Below are positions 12,073-24,296 of a stretch of DNA of 64,000 nucleotides, piece after piece (within the stretch, counting starts at the first letter, position 1; every line of letters begins with the position of its first letter). The notes beneath the pieces were generated by a model. That model was not told the origin of the DNA and searched no databases. It saw only the letters and a list, made by a program, of their open reading frames with translations. Origin of the DNA: Anthoceros angustus (taxonomy: Eukaryota > Plantae > Anthocerotophyta); assembly GCA_010909165.1 (NCBI GenBank), contig MU008155.1:1612001-1676000 (forward strand), in the 5' to 3' direction. Both the position numbers and the translations under genes were made by a program.

Positions 12073-14043
12073 TCAAGAACCGAGAACTACAAGAAAGGTT
12101 AGTGTGGAAGAGACCATCAAAAGGAGGCTAGTAATTGCAGCAGGCCCACTGAAGTGCAGTGAGGGGGCTGCGCTGGGCAGTTGGGGATAATCATCGGGAT
12201 CGGGTAGCACGCAGTCATCACCGTTGAAGTAGATTCTGCGCGGGAACGCCCAACCTTGTTTCAATGTAAAGCTGGAAGGATCCTTCCGAAAAAGAATCTC
12301 CGACTGCACATTTCCGTCAGGCCCAGCAGACATCAGCATGTCGTTGAAGTACTTGATGCCATAGAAGACCGCTGTGTCGTCTGCAAGCAAGACATAGACG
12401 TTTGTTCAGTGACTAGTGCTGTGAGTTAAGCATTGGATACGACACTGACAGAGCCCTAAGGTGAGGTTAAGGAAAACAAAAAGGGAAGAAAGACGAGACA
12501 TCGTACTTATGTCGCCGTAAGGAGAAATGCCACTGTAGGTAAAACTAAAGGCCTTGATGAAGTTGTCAAAGTTGGGATGCTGTGCCACAATGTTCCAATG
12601 TGTGAAGTTCTTGAAAAGGTTCCTGTTGGTGATGGTGATCTTCACCCTCCAGTATTGCACATAGTTGGCCTTAACATGCCAGTGTATTTTGATCGGGCAC
12701 ATATCGTTGGTGCAGTAGAGGCCAGGACTCCTTGAGCCGCTACTACGAGCAGTGGCGACAACATACTGATTAGTCCTGCACGCACAGCAGATGTAGTATG
12801 ACTTGAGTGGCAATGAAAGGGGGCGACACAACACGGAGGAAAGAGAGGGGAACTGGGGTGGTATTACGGTTCCACACAAGTCGGCGATGCAGAAAGGCTG
12901 GTGATGTTTGCTTGGCAAGCACAGGAGCATGTTTGACACGGGACAATTGTGTCGTCGTAAAAGGCTGAGTAGGCGACGCAACAAGTCGGCGCCTTGTGTG
13001 CAACGATTTGTGTGTAGACACAGGTGACATTCCAGGTCACTGCATGCCAATACCAGGAGGAAGAAGAAGGTGAGACCGTGGTATGGCGAGCAGGCGTTGC
13101 ATTGCATGCATACAGCAGCAGCAGCACCAGAATGAGGAGCACTTACTGAGAGCTTGCGAGAACCTTCTGCCGTCAGGGGAAGGGAACAGTGTCTGTTTGC
13201 CGAGCACCGTGGGACCACAGGTGTAGCCGGGACCAGGTGTAGCCAGATTGAAGTTTCTGGGCAGCTGCACGGTGGTGTTGGAGGTACCCGCCCGTCCCAC
13301 ACTGACCTGAAAGGAAGCCACAGAATTGGCGGGGTCCTGTAAGTAGGAGGAAAGGACGCCGCCCCGGCAGCAGTTGCCAATCTGACTGTTGTAGGGCACC
13401 CCCGGTAGCAAGTCCACGATCTGCGGATCTCGCTTGCAGGAGTGCGGCAAGGCCCCGTTGCGGAATTCGGAGCAATCGCCCTGCATGGTGGCCTGCGCAC
13501 CGACAATGGACCAGATCACCTCGTCCTGGGCCCAGCTCCACCCCAGGATCCATCCCGGCGACTGGATGTGGCGGTACTGTTGGAAATTGTACATGGTGAC
13601 CACGGCCTGCAGCAGGACAGGAATGCAACAACACCCATCATGCACTGCATCGCATCGAATTGCATTGCTCCCTCAAAGCCAGAGGCCCCGACAAGGCAAA
13701 GGGTAGGAAAGAAAACGAAAGCACGTAGCTTACCACATAACCGTCGGGAGCCCAGGACATGACATCCCACTTGATGGTGATGCTGCCGTGAGGATCCAAG
13801 GCATCGAAAGCATCTGCAGCGGCGGGAGGGAGGCAGGGTGAGCAGGAGGGAGAGAGGAGGCATTTTGGTGCTCAGATGCAGGACCGGAATGGCGGGAACG
13901 AGGAACGGATGAGCATTTGATGACAACTGACCAAGCCTGGAAGGTAGCGTCCATAGGAAGAGGGGGAGGACGAGGAGGAGCAACAATGGTGACGCTGCTG
14001 GTGTTTGTGGCAACAGGGAGAAGGAGGATGAAGAGGCGGCCAT
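12073..14043 (-). CDS. COBL: COBRA-like GPI-anchored cell wall protein
   Basis: A signal-peptide exon (MAASSSS...LLLLLVLPLFLW) is spliced to DAFDALDPHGSITIKWDVMSWAPDGYV, then VVTMYNFQQYRHIQSPGW, the Cys-rich CCVAYSAFYDDTIVPCQTCSC, CPIKIHWHVKANYVQYWRVK, GWAFPRRIYFNGDDC and a hydrophobic tail. Confidence 0.93.
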
Positions 14044-14539
14044 TTCTCGTTCCTGCTGCGTCTTCACTCGCGCTGCTCGCAACTGGCCGCCCCGCTCGAC
14101 CCTGATCTAACCAGCTCGCTGCTTCGCCACCCCGGTCGCCCCTGCGCTCCAACCACCCGTAGTACCCGTCTCTCCTTCAATTCCGATGTCGTACCTACCA
14201 CATCACCGACTATTGGTGCTTGCCGCCCAGCTCGGCCCTGCTCCAACCACCAGTGGTAGCCGTCCCTGCCTTCCTCTTGGATGCGTTGCCTACCACTATC
14301 ACCCAATGTTGCTGCCGCTGCTGTGCGTCTCTCCTCCTCTCTTCTGTGCTGAAACCCTAAATGAGTGACTTGCTTCACGACAGGAGCCTTGGGCCTAGGA
14401 GGAAGAGCAGGAGCAGGCGCCCGCGTCCAAGCCGCTCCTCTTGCTCCTCCTCCTGCTCCAAGTGTGAGCATCGTTGTCGCAGCGGCTGCGCCGACGGCCG
14501 GATGCACCGGTACCACATGGCCGTGAAGCCCAACACCCG

Positions 14540-14990
14540 TGTGTTTGTTTGCAGGCGTCGCCGCTGAGCGGAATCTTGCCGCGCCCTACATCTGTACCAG
14601 CTCCATGCTCACCTTCCGCCAAGTGCGGTCGCCTAAAGGATGCCCTGCTGCTCCACCGAACCTGGTCACCTTCGTGTGCCATCGTCGGGATCTGCTCCAG
14701 GCTATGCACCATCATGCGTACAATCTGCAGCACCAAGAGAAAGCAGGGAGGGACTTGAGACTGGGCAACTGCCTGGTAGACTGCTACGCCAAAGTGCGGC
14801 AGCTTGGGAGATGCGCGCAGGGTGTGTGTGGGTGTTTGACACCTTGCTCTGTCGGGAAGGGATGGGGTGACATGGCCGGCCATGACGATGAGGCCCTGTG
14901 CCTCTACGCACGCATACAGCCGCATGGATGATAGAATGGTTTCTTCCTTTTCGGCCTCTGCTCACTCCTTGCCCATTGTATACAATATCT
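14540..14990 (+). pseudogene. Degenerate PLS-class PPR fragment
   Basis: PNLVTFVC, RDLRLGNCLVDCYAK and GHDDEALCLYARIQ resemble PLS PPR motifs. There is no intact gene and stops follow. Confidence 0.5.
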
Positions 14991-15148
14991 ACATATCTCT
15001 AGTTCTATGGTGGTCCACATTTGTACTCCATCGAAGGTGAAAGTTCAACCACTCTTTGCTATCAAAGAATATTGGAACAAATAATTTATCTCCCGACGAC
15101 GAACTTTGGACTGCCTGCCGAGATGATGAGGGTTGCGGAGCACCGGGT

Positions 15149-15216
15149 CTCAAGAATAAGAGCCAAAGGGCCTCAAGAATAAGAGCCAAAGGGCCTCAAG
15201 AATAAGAGCCAAAGGG
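15149..15216. repeat. 23-bp tandem repeat x3
   Basis: CTCAAGAATAAGAGCCAAAGGGC occurs three times. Confidence 0.9.
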
Positions 15217-15933
15217 CTTCCGCCCCACGCCTCTTTAAATCGCGGGCGGACCCATCCTATGTATGTCACCGTGGTACCTACACCTCCGGTTGCCCATATC
15301 GGGTGAACTCTTCTCCCTCCAGAGCCACCTATGCAATAGCAACAAACCCTCGGTTAGGGCTTCGCGGGCTCATTATTATTTAGTGATAATTATATTACTC
15401 CTTAATTAATCAGGGATAGAAAAGAACTTGAAAGGATGTGAGGAACTTAGGTTATCAAACACTCTACTAATCTGAGTTAGAGATACATAGCTAGCTCAAA
15501 ATCCTTCTCGTAGCATAAAGGCCGGCTTGCAGAGTTCCTAGCATAGCCAGGCCATTATTGATCATGTTGTGTAGCAGGAGAGAATCTGTTCTCACACTAT
15601 GTGATGTATGTGTTTACTGATTATAAGCTTACAGCATTTATGTCAAAATGATGGGTCACAGTCAAGAAAACAGTATAGAGCACAGGCGGAAATGAAATAT
15701 CATGACTACGTTTGTGGGATTTTCCCTTTTAAAGCTTCATGACTATATTTATAATGTTAGAATACTTAATCAACACTTGGCTTAACCTAAACTAGGGTTA
15801 GGTGTAGTTATGTGAAGGGTTGCGTAGATATAGTATTAAAACATCATTTATTCAATACAATTTTGTTCAATCACTTGTCTATCTTAATTGTTCAACTTCT
15901 GCAAGTTTGCTTTAGTCTCTGGTTCTAAAACCC

Positions 15934-15949
15934 AAACATGGTATCGGAG
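15934..15949 (+). mobile_element. Probable LTR 3' end plus tRNA-iMet primer binding site
   Basis: AAACA is directly followed by TGGTATCGGAG, against the consensus TGGTATCAGAG. Confidence 0.5.
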
Positions 15950-17303
15950 TACTAGGCATCTGATCCTTAGCTCAATGCTGACAGTCTAATGCACGCCTGC
16001 AGCCTATCTAGATAGCTCTGCAAATGCTGATGGTGAGATATATAACTGGGCACATCACCCAGTATTCATTTTATCATGAAAACTGAGTTATGTGCCCAAG
16101 CAAGCCTCACCCCCTGCATTACAATATTAGCAAGAGTCTAGGCTACTTAGAATCTGGACATGGAATTCCTAATGCATGGTCCTAGATTTGTAGTTGATCT
16201 TCCTTTGCATCTACTTTACTGAGCGACTTGCTAAAGTGTGGGAGAATGCAGAGGTGTAGACACTCTTGGAGGCCTTCAATGCCAGCCCCTGTACCACATA
16301 CTTATGGGCGGGTGTACAAATGGTCACCTACATCGCAAGAGAAAAACGCCAGAATTGGACATCAGCATTCCTCTACAGCTCCACATCCAGACACCTGCAA
16401 TTTTCATCAATTACGCAGCAATAGATTGAGACTTGAGACCCAGCCAGCAAGACATTCACAGAATTGTGCCCTGGTGAAAGTTCAAGATCTTACCAGCCTC
16501 AAATTGAGAATTAACAGCCTTCTGGTTCAACAGATCAAGTTGTTTTCAATTTTGGAGAAGACTGTATTTTCTGCGCCTGATGCTTGTGCTTGGACCCTCA
16601 AGCCGACGCCCGAGATATGAACGGCTGTGGAGCAGCGAGGCTACCTGGAAGACGGCACACGTGGCTACGTTGGCGACGCCTCTGTCCCCGCCTTGTGACA
16701 CTTCGCAGCTCAACTATCAACTACCACATTATGGTTAGCGTTTCGTTTTTTCAAAATGAGGCAACTAAGATATGGTTTCCTTTCGTTGCTTTTCCTCAAG
16801 GCATTGCACTTTGTGTAGAAGAGTCATGAACACGATAATATTTGAAGCGGCTGAATATACATCAAGCGGCTTTTGACGTGAATATACGCGGAACGGGGTT
16901 TTTGATGGGCATTGAAATACCATATTTGAGCATATCCTGCAGAAGAAGGCACACAATTAGGGTATTGTAGAGAAGTTTATATCTTTTAGCGGCCCACAGT
17001 GGTAGACGAAGGGTTCGTCCTACAGGACGACCATTGTTTTCGATGGAAATGATGCCCATGCCATTAGTGCATGCGATTCGTTAAACAACAGTGAATGAAC
17101 CTAGACGACCATCTCTGCAGCAGCATCGAAGGGAATGCATACGACTATTTCTATATTCGTACTATACATCGAATCCAAACACGGTCAACATCATTGTGCA
17201 CAACAGCCGAGGGTGTGAAGACCCTAAACATGCCGTAAGTGACACACTTGGGCGCCGACATGCCGGCACCCAAGATTCATGGTCTTTGGCAATAAATGTT
17301 GGA

Positions 17304-17503
17304 CGTCGGACAAACACCCTCCTTCTACTGAGAAACTACCTTAACCGTAATGGCTTCTTCGGACTGCTCAACGTCAGACAGACACCCTCCTTCTACTGAG
17401 AAACCGCCTAAACCGTAATGGCTTCTCCGGATTGCTCAACGTCGGACAGACACCTTAGGCTAGTAGCTAAGAAACCACCTGAACCGCGATGGCTTCTGTG
17501 GAC
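17304..17503. repeat. 68-bp tandem repeat x3 (third copy degenerate)
   Basis: Units start at 17304, 17372 and 17440 (CGTCGGACAAACACCCTCCTTCTACTGAGAAAC...GGACTGCTCAA). Confidence 0.85.
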
Positions 17504-19003
17504 TCACTATCAAAAACAAGGAGCATGGTGGAGCATAAGGGCATGAAAAAGAAGAAGAAGAAGGGTGAGGGCATGAGGGCGCCGGCATGTCGGCGTTCTT
17601 TTTCAAGATATACTTTGTGCTTCCTTTAATTTGTATATGGAAAAGTTAACAAAGCATATGTTTGTGGACAAAAGGTCTTGAGTTCAAATCTTTTTTTAAG
17701 GCCAGCGTGCTGGCGCCCCTAAAGGTAAATTTTTCTTAGTGTTTAGGGAGTAGGTAATATGGATTGAAATGAGAGAGATTAAAATTCGAGGTTACTATTT
17801 CGAGTCATGCTTCTTTACCAGCATAGTTTGTGTTGTAAAACTGATAGATAATTGGTTTGGTTTAAAATCCCCTTATTCTAATAATTCGTAATCTTGAACT
17901 CAAAATCATGGAAAATATTTTCAAATTTCAACGAGTTTCTAAGCACGCTGTTTGAAGTTACCCATGCCCTAATATTCATGATCGCAAATTGAACTGGAAT
18001 GGAAATGGTGAAGACATGACACGGCCAAGTTTCTCCCCTATTCTCGAGCTCACTGAAGGTCGCGACTATCTTTCTATGGAGGTCACAGCAATTGAAGCCG
18101 TATTTTGTGTGTTGGACACCATCTTTGTAAGTGACCAAGGCTGCATCATCATCGGAAGTGTCAAAGGTGGTGTGTTCTTTCTCATTCTCTTGCCCAAGCA
18201 AGCGACACATGGCCTAATGTATGTAAGTCATAATGTGCATGGGTGCACGACAAGTGGTTGTAAGCCCTAGTGTTAATGCGGATGCATGCACACCGGCGCT
18301 CACAGAAAACGTATCTAAGGACGCCGGCATGCCAGCGCCCTATGGAGGGAGCATAAGAGCATAGCGTGCTAGCATATTGGCGCCTTTTTTTGTGTAACCT
18401 GAACCCTAGGGTTAGGGTTTAGTGTTTTAATGAGCGTGCAGGTTAGGGTGCACTGCTGTGGGTCGAGGGTTACACACTGTTCTGTCGAACTTTATGTTGT
18501 GCAAAGGGCGTCGGCATGCCGTCGCCCTCTGACTTTTGAATCCTTTCACGAGTAACAACTTCAGGGCTGATTTTTGATCTGTCCATGACACCCTATTGTA
18601 AACATGTCGGAGGGGTTCGGTATGGGCACTGGCAAGCCGACACCAACCATCATTCCTAGACAGGTATTACTCTTACAAATGGACTGAAATTGCAATCCGA
18701 AGAAATAGCACCCACCCCAAATAATCAAAATATGACAACATATCTTGACATCAATATACTTGTCAATCTTGACAGTAATATAGTTACTGTCAGGATTTGC
18801 GCAAGAGGGTTTTTGATTTCCGGAAGCGGGTTCGTATATTCAACCACTTCAAATATTATCGTGTTCATGTATGTTGCATTCTTCGTGCATCCTTTGCTGC
18901 TAGATGCCTGACAAGTAGTTGCAATCCTGGATGCACACACATGCAGTTTGTTAGATTCCTGCTGATGCAGCACTAAATATACACCTGTAGCACACTTACC
19001 ACA

Positions 19004-20870
19004 ATGTCTCTTCCTCCACCACTTCCTCCACCGGGAACTTATACTCCTATCTTCACCTCTGAACTCAAGGAGTAAGATAGGCTCACATGTCAGAAATATG
19101 AGGTGTGGAGAGTACGCATGAAATCTATGTTGTTGGCCAGGGGTGTCTAGGGTATCGTCGATGGGTCTATTCCTGAGCCTGATCCGTCTAAAACCAAAGG
19201 AGAAAAGGACAAATGGGCCCATGCAAACAGTGTTTCCATTGCCCTCTTGGTCAGTGGTCTTGCTGAAGACTTGATTCCAGAAAATGCGTTCCTCACGAAA
19301 GCAAGTGAAATCTGGGATCAACTTGCCAGCACCTACCAAGTACGCAATGTATTGACTCTATGTACAGTTAGACAAGAATTTTATGGTTTGAAAATGAGAG
19401 AAGGAGACAAGGTTCTTGCTCACACCAGCAAATTCCGGCATCTCCGAGCTTAGCTTACCTCTCTTGGCACAAAAATGGACGAGGTGGATGTTGTGGCACA
19501 GCTGCTCAGCAGTCTTCCTCCAAAGTTACCAAGCTTTTGTTTCCTCTCACAACGTACCCATCAGGTAGGCTGTTGCAGTCGGCAAGTCTGCCACCATCAC
19601 CCTTGAAGAGGTGATAGGTGCCTTATACCAGGAGGAGCAGAGTAGGTTATGTCGGGGTCTGGATCCAAGCCCAAAGCTGACAGAGTATTCACTGCTTTCC
19701 GTGGACGACACCCTCAAAGGGGTAAACAGAGAGTTCTCCCTAGCTACACATCAAGGATCCCGTAGTGAGGCCAGCTCTTCCACGTCAAAGAGACAAGGCA
19801 CTTGCAATTGGTGTGGCATATCTAACCACTGGGCAAGGGAGTGTCGCAAATGGTTTCAATGACCAAGAATGACAGCTATTGGGAACCCTTACCTTCTTGC
19901 TTGAAAGGAGCTTCCTTTATGTGAAACATGTGCTCTAGCTAAGTAGAAGGATTTGCCCTTCCCGACTACTCCTGCCACAGATCTACTCAGCTATTAGAAC
20001 TCGTTCATGCTGACATTTCTGGCCGCCTTCAGGTTTCTTCAGTTGGGGGTGCAGACTATTATTTCACTATTACAGACGACTATAGCCGGTATACCTGGAC
20101 ATTTCCTATGCAATGAAAGAATGAGACTTTTACCTTGTTTCAAGAATGGTTGCTCGTGGTGCAGCGCCAGACAGGTTGTCTTTTGAAGATTTTCAGATCT
20201 GATAATGGAACGGAGTTTGTTAATCATTCCTTCTCCACCTGCCTAGCAGAATAAGGTATCATTCATCAACTCTTAGTCCCTTATACTCAGCAATAGAATG
20301 GAGTGGCCGAACGCAAAAATCAAACTTTGATGGGCATGACATGAGCTATGTTGCTATGGTCTGGATTGCCATCCCCTTACTGGGCGGAAGCTGTCGTCAC
20401 ATCCGTGGACATACATTCTAAACAGGCTACTTACACGCTCTTTGCTTGCAGAAACTCCTTTCGAGCTCTTTAGGAAATGCAAGCCGAGCCTCTTACACCT
20501 TCGTGTCTTTGGATCTAAGGCATATGCTCACATACCTGCAGAGAAACGAAGGAAGTTAGACAACAAGTCTCGCTGCCTAATTTTTGTAGGATATAGTGAG
20601 AATGTGAAAGCCTACAATTTTTTTGATCCCTCAACAAGGCAACCTGTCCATACTCGCAGCGTTACATTCTTAGAGCCGTTACAACCTTTTCAACCTGGAG
20701 CACCTTATACACAACCAGACCTATCTACACTTGACCAATCTACTTCTTCGAGTTAGATCAGAAGTACTCCTAATTATCCATGAGCATAAGTACATTGCAG
20801 AAATTTTGCAGAAGTTTAACATGACACAGGTTCACCCCTCTAGTACACCAGGTGCAGTCGGTGCCAAGCT
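19004..20870 (+). mobile_element. Decayed Ty1/Copia gag-integrase relic with most of RT deleted
   Basis: Gag motifs MKSMLLARGV and QEFYGLKMREGDKV..., zinc knuckle CNWCGISNHWARECRK, integrase LELVHADISG...RSDNGTEF...NGVAERKNQTL, and HLRVFGSKAYAHIPAEKRRKLD. Many stops. Confidence 0.9.
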
Positions 20871-22480
20871 TTATCATTCTGGGTGGGGAATCTAACGCCT
20901 TGTAACCTGTCGGGGTGGGTTTACCATTTGGAAACTGGCATTCTGTCGCTTATGGCATGTGGCGCATGCGGAAGTTGACAACGAGCAAATTTTGACGTAC
21001 TGGAGGTCAATCCATCATGCAAGTTACGAAGATCCCGAAGAATGAGGCTCTACAAGAATGTTTTCGTAAACTCAAGCAAGTTACGAAGATCTCGACCGAA
21101 GAGTGGAGTCTCTACAAGGATGTTTTCGTGAACTCAGGGTGGCTAGCTAGCCTTATGGGATGTTGAGAAGGAGATCGAGCTTGATGAACTTTGTGATGGT
21201 GATACTGGTTTTGACGAACTTATCGACTCTGATTCAGAAGACTGGGCCTTAAACTTCTTTGCATTCAATTGAACAAAGGTCATCCAGATACTTTTAACTT
21301 GGTTGCATCCAATCCAACATAGGTCATCCAGATACTTTTAACTTCGTCGCATGCAATCCAACCGAGGGCTATTTAGATGACCTGGTACAGATGGGCACAT
21401 TTTGACCCGGATACGATGTATATCACGGAATATTACCTCTTGTACCATTTCTCCAATTTTGTGATTTCCCGTGATGTACATAGTGGGGATGGCCATGCTG
21501 GGTACAGCTTGGGAGTGAGGTGAGGCGGGGCTTGGGCTTGTAAGCTTTTACTATTGACTCCCCCCACATGTATTCTTCGAGGTTGCTGCTGCAGGGGAAT
21601 TGTGTGAATTCAATGTTGGCGATCACACACAACATGGCTTCCGCACTGTCGTCTTTCCAAATCACATATTCGATGCGGCTTCTGCTAAGGAGTTGCCACC
21701 GCACACTGATTGCATGATATGGACAGAAGAATTCTCTTTTGGCATAAGGGTGGATATCATCAAGACTGTGCATCAACCATCACTTGCAAGTACTCTGGCT
21801 GAGATCCTTGACATGAAGTGTGAAGGTGAAAAAGCCAGGGTACCTAATTGAGCGAGCTGTGTCAAAGTTGGGATTTGTGACGAGCGAATGGTCCTTAGGG
21901 GTCTTTTAGTATCAACGGTGTCAGATTAGAGGCCCTACGACAATAAGGTGGATGCTCGTCTCATCAAGATATTTAGAAAAGGCTGGGTTTGATCGTGTAA
22001 AAATATTTGCCCTGCCATTATACAAAGCAATGTTTCAACGCTGAAGTCTGCAATTCTCCTTAGTACACGACTACATATGCTTGCTGGCGGTCCCTGCTTG
22101 ACAATATGCAGCTTTCCCATTGCTCCTTGAGTCTGTGTTTTGAGAATTGTGGGATCTCCCTCTAATTTACGGCGATAAGGTGAGAGGTGCAGCAGTACAG
22201 AAGCATATCTCCGCATGCCTATCGCCCTAGGTGGGAAATGGGGTGTTTAGTGACAAGCAGGATGTGGATTCTTTGCACGTTCTTGAGCAGCAGACTACCT
22301 TTGTTCGAACGGGTGCTGCATAGCACGCAAACATTATAATAAAACAGGGGCATAAGTACCCGGCAAAGTTAGTGTGAAAGTAGGACCACCAGTTAGGTAC
22401 TCAAGTAGGCAGGTAAGTGAAACCTCTGAGGGTCGGTGTCGGGGTCGGGGACAGGGTCGAGGCCGTGGCAAGTTGAAGCC

Positions 22481-23906
22481 ATGGCGAACGCGGCCTCTTC
22501 ACACTCTCTGGTGGTGTCAGCTTCATCCCGCACCGGTGCTGCTTCCTGTTCCTCTTCAGCAAATGGGGCGAGTGCGGCTTGGTCGGGGCTGGGGCATGTG
22601 CGAATCCCAAGCAGGAGTCAGCAGCATATCAGTCTCCATGAAAGCGTGCAGGATACATGTAAGAGGTAGTGCTGGCTGGGTTCTGTCCTCCTGCTTCCTG
22701 CTGATGTGCTGTCCCCAATGCACTCTGCTACGTAGCTGAAACTAGATTTCAACCTGGTGTAGGGCAAGCAGCAGCAGCAGGGGCGCCTGCCGTGCTCGAG
22801 TGATCATGATGCCAATTGGGACCCCCAAAGTGCCCTATCGAACCCCTGGGGAAGGAGGTTGGCAGTGGGTCGACATTTGGAATGTGCTCGTACGTGATGC
22901 CTCTCATGAGCCCCCATTAGATTGAGCTGGTGCTTTCCCTTTGTTGTGATATTCTGCTCAGCTGCCTGTTTTTGCCGTGGCAGTACCGGGAGCGCATTAT
23001 ATTTATCGGCCAGTATGTGGACGAGGAGTTTGGGAACCAGATTCTGGCTACAATGCTCTATCTTGACAGCATCGACAATAACAAGAGCCTCTACTTATAC
23101 CTAAACGGCCCTGGAGGAGATGTGGGTGGAGCTCCTGTGCCCTGCTGAGTTCCTGAGCGAGTGAGTATTAAGGTCTTTTTCTGACTCATCATTCCCTTGA
23201 GCCTGCAGATCACACCCTGCTTAGCACTCTACGATACCATGGAGAGCATAAAAAGTCCAGTTGGAACTTTGGCGCTGGGCTATGCGTATAACAATGCTGG
23301 ATTTTTGCTGGCTGCTGGTGCTAAGGTAACTGTAACGCTTCGGGGAGTCTATTCCTGAAGCAATCTAAGGGTTATATAGCGAAGTGACTTCGTCTGGTGC
23401 AGGGTTTGAGGGCAGCTATGCCTTTGACGAGAATTGCACTGCAATCACCAGCAGGAGCAGCTCGGGGCCAGGTGACTACAACCTTTACTGTTTCTGGTTA
23501 ATCTACTCTGCCGTTTGACATGGATGAAGGACCTTCGCTAAGGCCTGCCTCTGATATTGTTTGGGTGCTGGCCACCACAGGCTGATGACATTCAGAACGA
23601 GGCAAAAGAGCTCAGTCGGGTGAGGTCTTACGTGTTCCAAGAACTCGCCAAAAAGACCGGGCAGCCGTTGGAAAAGGTGAGGCTACAATCATGCTTAGCG
23701 TCCGCTACTGCTTGTACAAGTTGTGGAGACGTGAATTCACATCACTCGTGTGTGGCTTGCTACAGGTGACTAAGGATTTGAATCGAATAAAACGATTCAG
23801 TGCTCAGGAAGCTTTGGACTACGGTTTGATCGACCGCATCATCAGGCCTGGCAGAATCAAACCTGATGCCAGGCCCAAACAAGCCGCAGGAGTTGGTCTA
23901 GGTTGA
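22481..23906 (+). CDS. CLPR2: Plastid Clp protease non-catalytic subunit ClpR2
   Basis: [63 protein letters not shown] (catalytic Ser absent), [15 protein letters not shown] and LIDRIIRP...GLG*. The N-terminus looks like a transit peptide. Confidence 0.93.
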
Positions 23907-24296
23907 TTCGGTACATGCAGAGTCTCCAGTTCCACTTACACTCTTACACCGAAAGACAGCAGTTCAGCGGACTTGCTTAGTTCTGACAGGTGGACTAGCT
24001 AGCTTGCTTTGCGTATTTTGAGCGCAAGATTACGCTCCAAACGAACTTCAACATTTCAGAATGGAATTTCGTGGGCGTCTTTGTCTGGGCGGCTTTGACA
24101 TGGCACGCACTTAGTCATCACCGCTGGTCCAAGCCTCGCCTCACCTCGCCTCCTGATATTCTCAAGAAACGGAAACGGTGGTGGAGACAGGAAACGCCAT
24201 CAGAGTCGAGGGTGACAGACTCTGCGTCTATTTGGAGACCAGTGTGCCTGTCCGCGCCATCGCACTGGTCCGATGCTGGCAGCAGCGCCGAATTCC

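Noticed and set aside
12406-13506. 366-aa ORF overlapping the COBRA-like gene
   Set aside because: It is a read-through of introns and alternate frames; only part is a true COBL exon.
17878-18210. Possible Helitron helicase C-terminal fragment (IPVQFAIM)
   Set aside because: Similarity is too weak and the diagnostic TINKSQG motif is absent.
21423-22216. Semi-open frames that might be a decayed gene
   Set aside because: No recognisable motif; stops occur in all frames.
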